From a virus (lineage: Duplodnaviria > Caudoviricetes): a DNA stretch of 59,882 nucleotides. This document shows positions 57,332 through 59,882 of the stretch, piece after piece (position 1 is the stretch's first letter; each line of letters starts with the position of its first letter). Under the pieces are notes generated by a model. That model was not told where the DNA came from and made no database searches. It worked only from the letters and a program-made list of their open reading frames with translations. A program made the position numbers and the translations under genes. The stretch lies in IMG/VR virus record IMGVR_UViG_3300026519_000015, positions 1 to 59,882 of that record; one strand, 5' to 3'.

Positions 57332-59882
57332 TTATTCCGCCACCCCGGAGTCTTGACCCGCACCTTAGAAGCCCGTTTCTTCCTCTCCTGTTTCCGCTTC
57401 TTCAGCATTTGAGGAACCCGACCCTGAAGAGTTTTGCGCATATTCCGAACTGCTCGTTCGTACTCCAGTTTTCTACCTTCCGACAAACTCTCAATCGTGA
57501 CCCCAAACGCCTCCATCCGTTTCGCGATCACTAACGCGATCTGATCCTCCGTAAGCCTAACTTTATTCCCGGGGTAAATCCCAATCCAATTCTCATGACC
57601 GCCCTCACCCCATACATCAGCACCCGTAGCGGCTAACTGCAACGCCCGGTCCAGACCTTCCGGATCAGACCCCGAGAGCCAACTGTCGATCATAGGATTA
57701 ACCTGGTCCAGTAAATCATTCACATTGTCTTTCTCAATCATCGACAGCCAGGCTTTTTCCTGTAGATACGGGTTATTCTTACCGATCTGGACACCCGCCC
57801 AACCCGCAAGGTACTCACTCAATTGCCGGGATTGGGCCCCTACATACGGATAAACAGACTGCCCGAATACTTCCTCGATTGTCGTGCCCGCTATCGCACG
57901 CAGCACATAACGCCCCATCTTGAGCGCCTGGTACGCCTTCATCCTGGGGTCCAAAGACCGGTCCCGGTTATACACAGGTCTTCCGGGGCGATACCGATCC
58001 CGGTTAGTCGCGATATCCATCAGGACAGGCCCAAACCCACTCACCTGACTCGATACATAACGGCCCGCAATCTCGGTATCCAGCACCGCCCCCGATAACC
58101 GCACCGGATCCTTATACATCCCCATGAAAGGAATTGTGACGTAATTCGTGGGTGATAACTGAATATTCGCAATATCGTTCGGGTTATTCCACTGGTACTG
58201 AAAATATTTCCCCGGATCCCCCGAAGCAATAGCAGCGAACATACCCCGGTCACTCACGATCCATTCCAGCACCTGTTTCGCTACGAATCCGGTCGTCATC
58301 GCAGTCAACAACGCTTTCTGGTACTCACCACGCAGATTCTTCGCCAGCACAGGATCCCGGACATGCCACAAACTCCTACCTAAAGGTGAAAGCAACATAG
58401 TATCCACTTTGGCTCGGAACCAACCCGGAGTCTTGGCATGCACCATCGTTCCCATTAAACCCTGGCCATACAGGTACTCATCCAGGGAAACACCACCAAT
58501 TACTATTTTTTGGTAATGGTTCAGGGATCCGGCCATCTTGTTGACGTAATCCGCGGCTTCTCTCCGCACCTCCCGGAATGCTATCTCGAACGGGACACCT
58601 CCGCTCATCAACTTCTGACCCCAGTTTTTCCAATGCACCGCGGTCCAGTAATGATACCCGGCAAAAATAGCTTCCTTGATAGGGTTAAATGTAACGAACT
58701 TATTCATCAGGAGATCCGTGTTATACGCGATCCCCCCAATGTTTGTCTCCTTATTCCGCCACATCTCACCCAACTGACGGAATGATTCCGCCTGTTTTGT
58801 GGCTTTCTCAAAAGCCCCCTCGGGTTTCGGTTTTAACTCCGAGGAATTCATCTCTAGTAATCGTTCCTGGATCTTAAGCGCGGTTTTGGCGAAATTATTC
58901 CACGTCTCCATATTGGCGCCACTCAGGATCGCATCCGTCCGCAAAGCCTGCCCTGCTTCCAGACCACGCCGGCCAGCTCCCGCAACCCCGAAAGCATCTA
59001 CCGGGGCCGACACAAAATCCAGAATCCCGCCCCCGAGATTCTTAATCCGCTCCTTAAAAGACCCAGGACCGAACACCGACTTAAAAATCGTCTGGAGCGC
59101 GGTTTTGGAAAAATTAAAGTAAAAATCACTCAGAATATTGACCGCATGATGCACCGGACTACCCGAAAGCTGCGCTAACCTTGTCATCTCGATAATACCC
59201 ATCGCCTCCGGGTTAGTCGCGTTCGGGTCAATATCAAATCGTGCCTTAAAGGCTTTCGCCATCTCGGGGTGCATGTAGACGTGCTTCGCCTCTACTTGTT
59301 TCCCCTTAATCGTCAGGACCGAATCCGGTGCCATCCCTAACCCCGTGTCCGGGCTCGATAACGATATATAGTACTCACCCGTGGACATATCGTCCCCCAC
59401 AGTCCCCAGGGTCCGGGCTAACGGGGGGCTCCCGGATTCGTTCACCATCACCATTGTGATCGGTTCCTCAGCCCCCACCATATTCGGTACCTTGACGCGT
59501 GCAGCATTCGATATCGCCTGCCGCACTGAATCCGCCTTAATAGTAGACCGGATTTGGCGCTTCACTACCTCTACAGGGTCCAGAACCGGATTCCCCAACG
59601 ATAAATGCATCTGGACCCTGGCGATATTCCGCAGGATCTTATCCCGCGCTTCACCACGAAACTCTTCCGCACTATACCCTAAAACTCGCGCCCTTTGCTC
59701 ATCAGTAGCGGCCTTAAACAACTTTGCTCTTTGGGCAGGGGTATTGGTCGCTTTCCGGGTCCAGCCCCAATCCGGGGTCCGTTTTTCGGTACCCGTCATC
59801 AGGGTCTTGAGCGCATTCTGATACAGCTTCTCCGCTTCCTCAATCGTAGGGATACGACGCATCGCTTCCGTGACTAATCGAG
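57328..59882 (-). CDS. Giant internal virion protein, 3' part
   Basis: The 844-aa ORF is the in-frame continuation of the 5144->1 frame through the terminal repeat. Confidence 0.85.
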   Translation of the reverse strand, partial: RLVTEAMRRIPTIEEAEKLYQNALKTLMTGTEKRTPDWGWTRKATNTPAQRAKLFKAATDEQRARVLGYSAEEFRGEARDKILRNIARVQMHLSLGNPVLDPVEVVKRQIRSTIKADSVRQAISNAARVKVPNMVGAEEPITMVMVNESGSPPLARTLGTVGDDMSTGEYYISLSSPDTGLGMAPDSVLTIKGKQVEAKHVYMHPEMAKAFKARFDIDPNATNPEAMGIIEMTRLAQLSGSPVHHAVNILSDFYFNFSKTALQTIFKSVFGPGSFKERIKNLGGGILDFVSAPVDAFGVAGAGRRGLEAGQALRTDAILSGANMETWNNFAKTALKIQERLLEMNSSELKPKPEGAFEKATKQAESFRQLGEMWRNKETNIGGIAYNTDLLMNKFVTFNPIKEAIFAGYHYWTAVHWKNWGQKLMSGGVPFEIAFREVRREAADYVNKMAGSLNHYQKIVIGGVSLDEYLYGQGLMGTMVHAKTPGWFRAKVDTMLLSPLGRSLWHVRDPVLAKNLRGEYQKALLTAMTTGFVAKQVLEWIVSDRGMFAAIASGDPGKYFQYQWNNPNDIANIQLSPTNYVTIPFMGMYKDPVRLSGAVLDTEIAGRYVSSQVSGFGPVLMDIATNRDRYRPGRPVYNRDRSLDPRMKAYQALKMGRYVLRAIAGTTIEEVFGQSVYPYVGAQSRQLSEYLAGWAGVQIGKNNPYLQEKAWLSMIEKDNVNDLLDQVNPMIDSWLSGSDPEGLDRALQLAATGADVWGEGGHENWIGIYPGNKVRLTEDQIALVIAKRMEAFGVTIESLSEGRKLEYERAVRNMRKTLQGRVPQMLKKRKQERKKRASKVRVKTPGWRNK
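59757..59882. repeat. Second copy of the terminal direct repeat
   Basis: Identical to 2-127. Confidence 0.95.

Noticed and set aside
1-59882. Temperate or plasmid-prophage lifestyle inferred from LexA/XRE genes
   Set aside because: No integrase, ParA/ParB or protelomerase recognised; lifestyle cannot be called from this alone

Overview
The window is essentially one complete, circularly assembled dsDNA phage genome of about 59.76 kb: nt 2-127 are repeated at 59757-59882. Its gene set looks podovirus-like, and I see no integrase. A minus-strand morphogenesis arm runs from about 22.2 kb leftward through the contig join to about 47.9 kb. It carries the terminase, portal, scaffold, major capsid, adaptor/nozzle and ejection proteins, a ~2,520-aa lytic-transglycosylase virion protein that the ORF track split, a PurD-like ATP-grasp protein, tail/fibre proteins and an amidase lysis module. 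A plus-strand arm holds small early genes (23.4-32.7 kb) and a replication/recombination block (33.2-47.9 kb): PolA with a UDG-like N-terminus, a LexA DNA-binding domain, SSB, RecA, DnaB, primase, SbcCD and RusA. The most striking unannotated content is an RNA-level regulatory layer. (i) A ~97-nt sRNA with its own promoter and terminator (49463-49559, minus strand) has a loop that is the reverse complement of an AGGACACA-type translation-start motif shared by about 10 phage genes. (ii) A second hairpin has a loop complementary to a second RBS class. (iii) A type II hammerhead ribozyme sits directly in front of a candidate anti-CRISPR ring nuclease. (iv) A lambda-type GGGAAAG -1 frameshift lies in a gene next to the endolysin. 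All family assignments come from motif recognition by eye; no searches were run.
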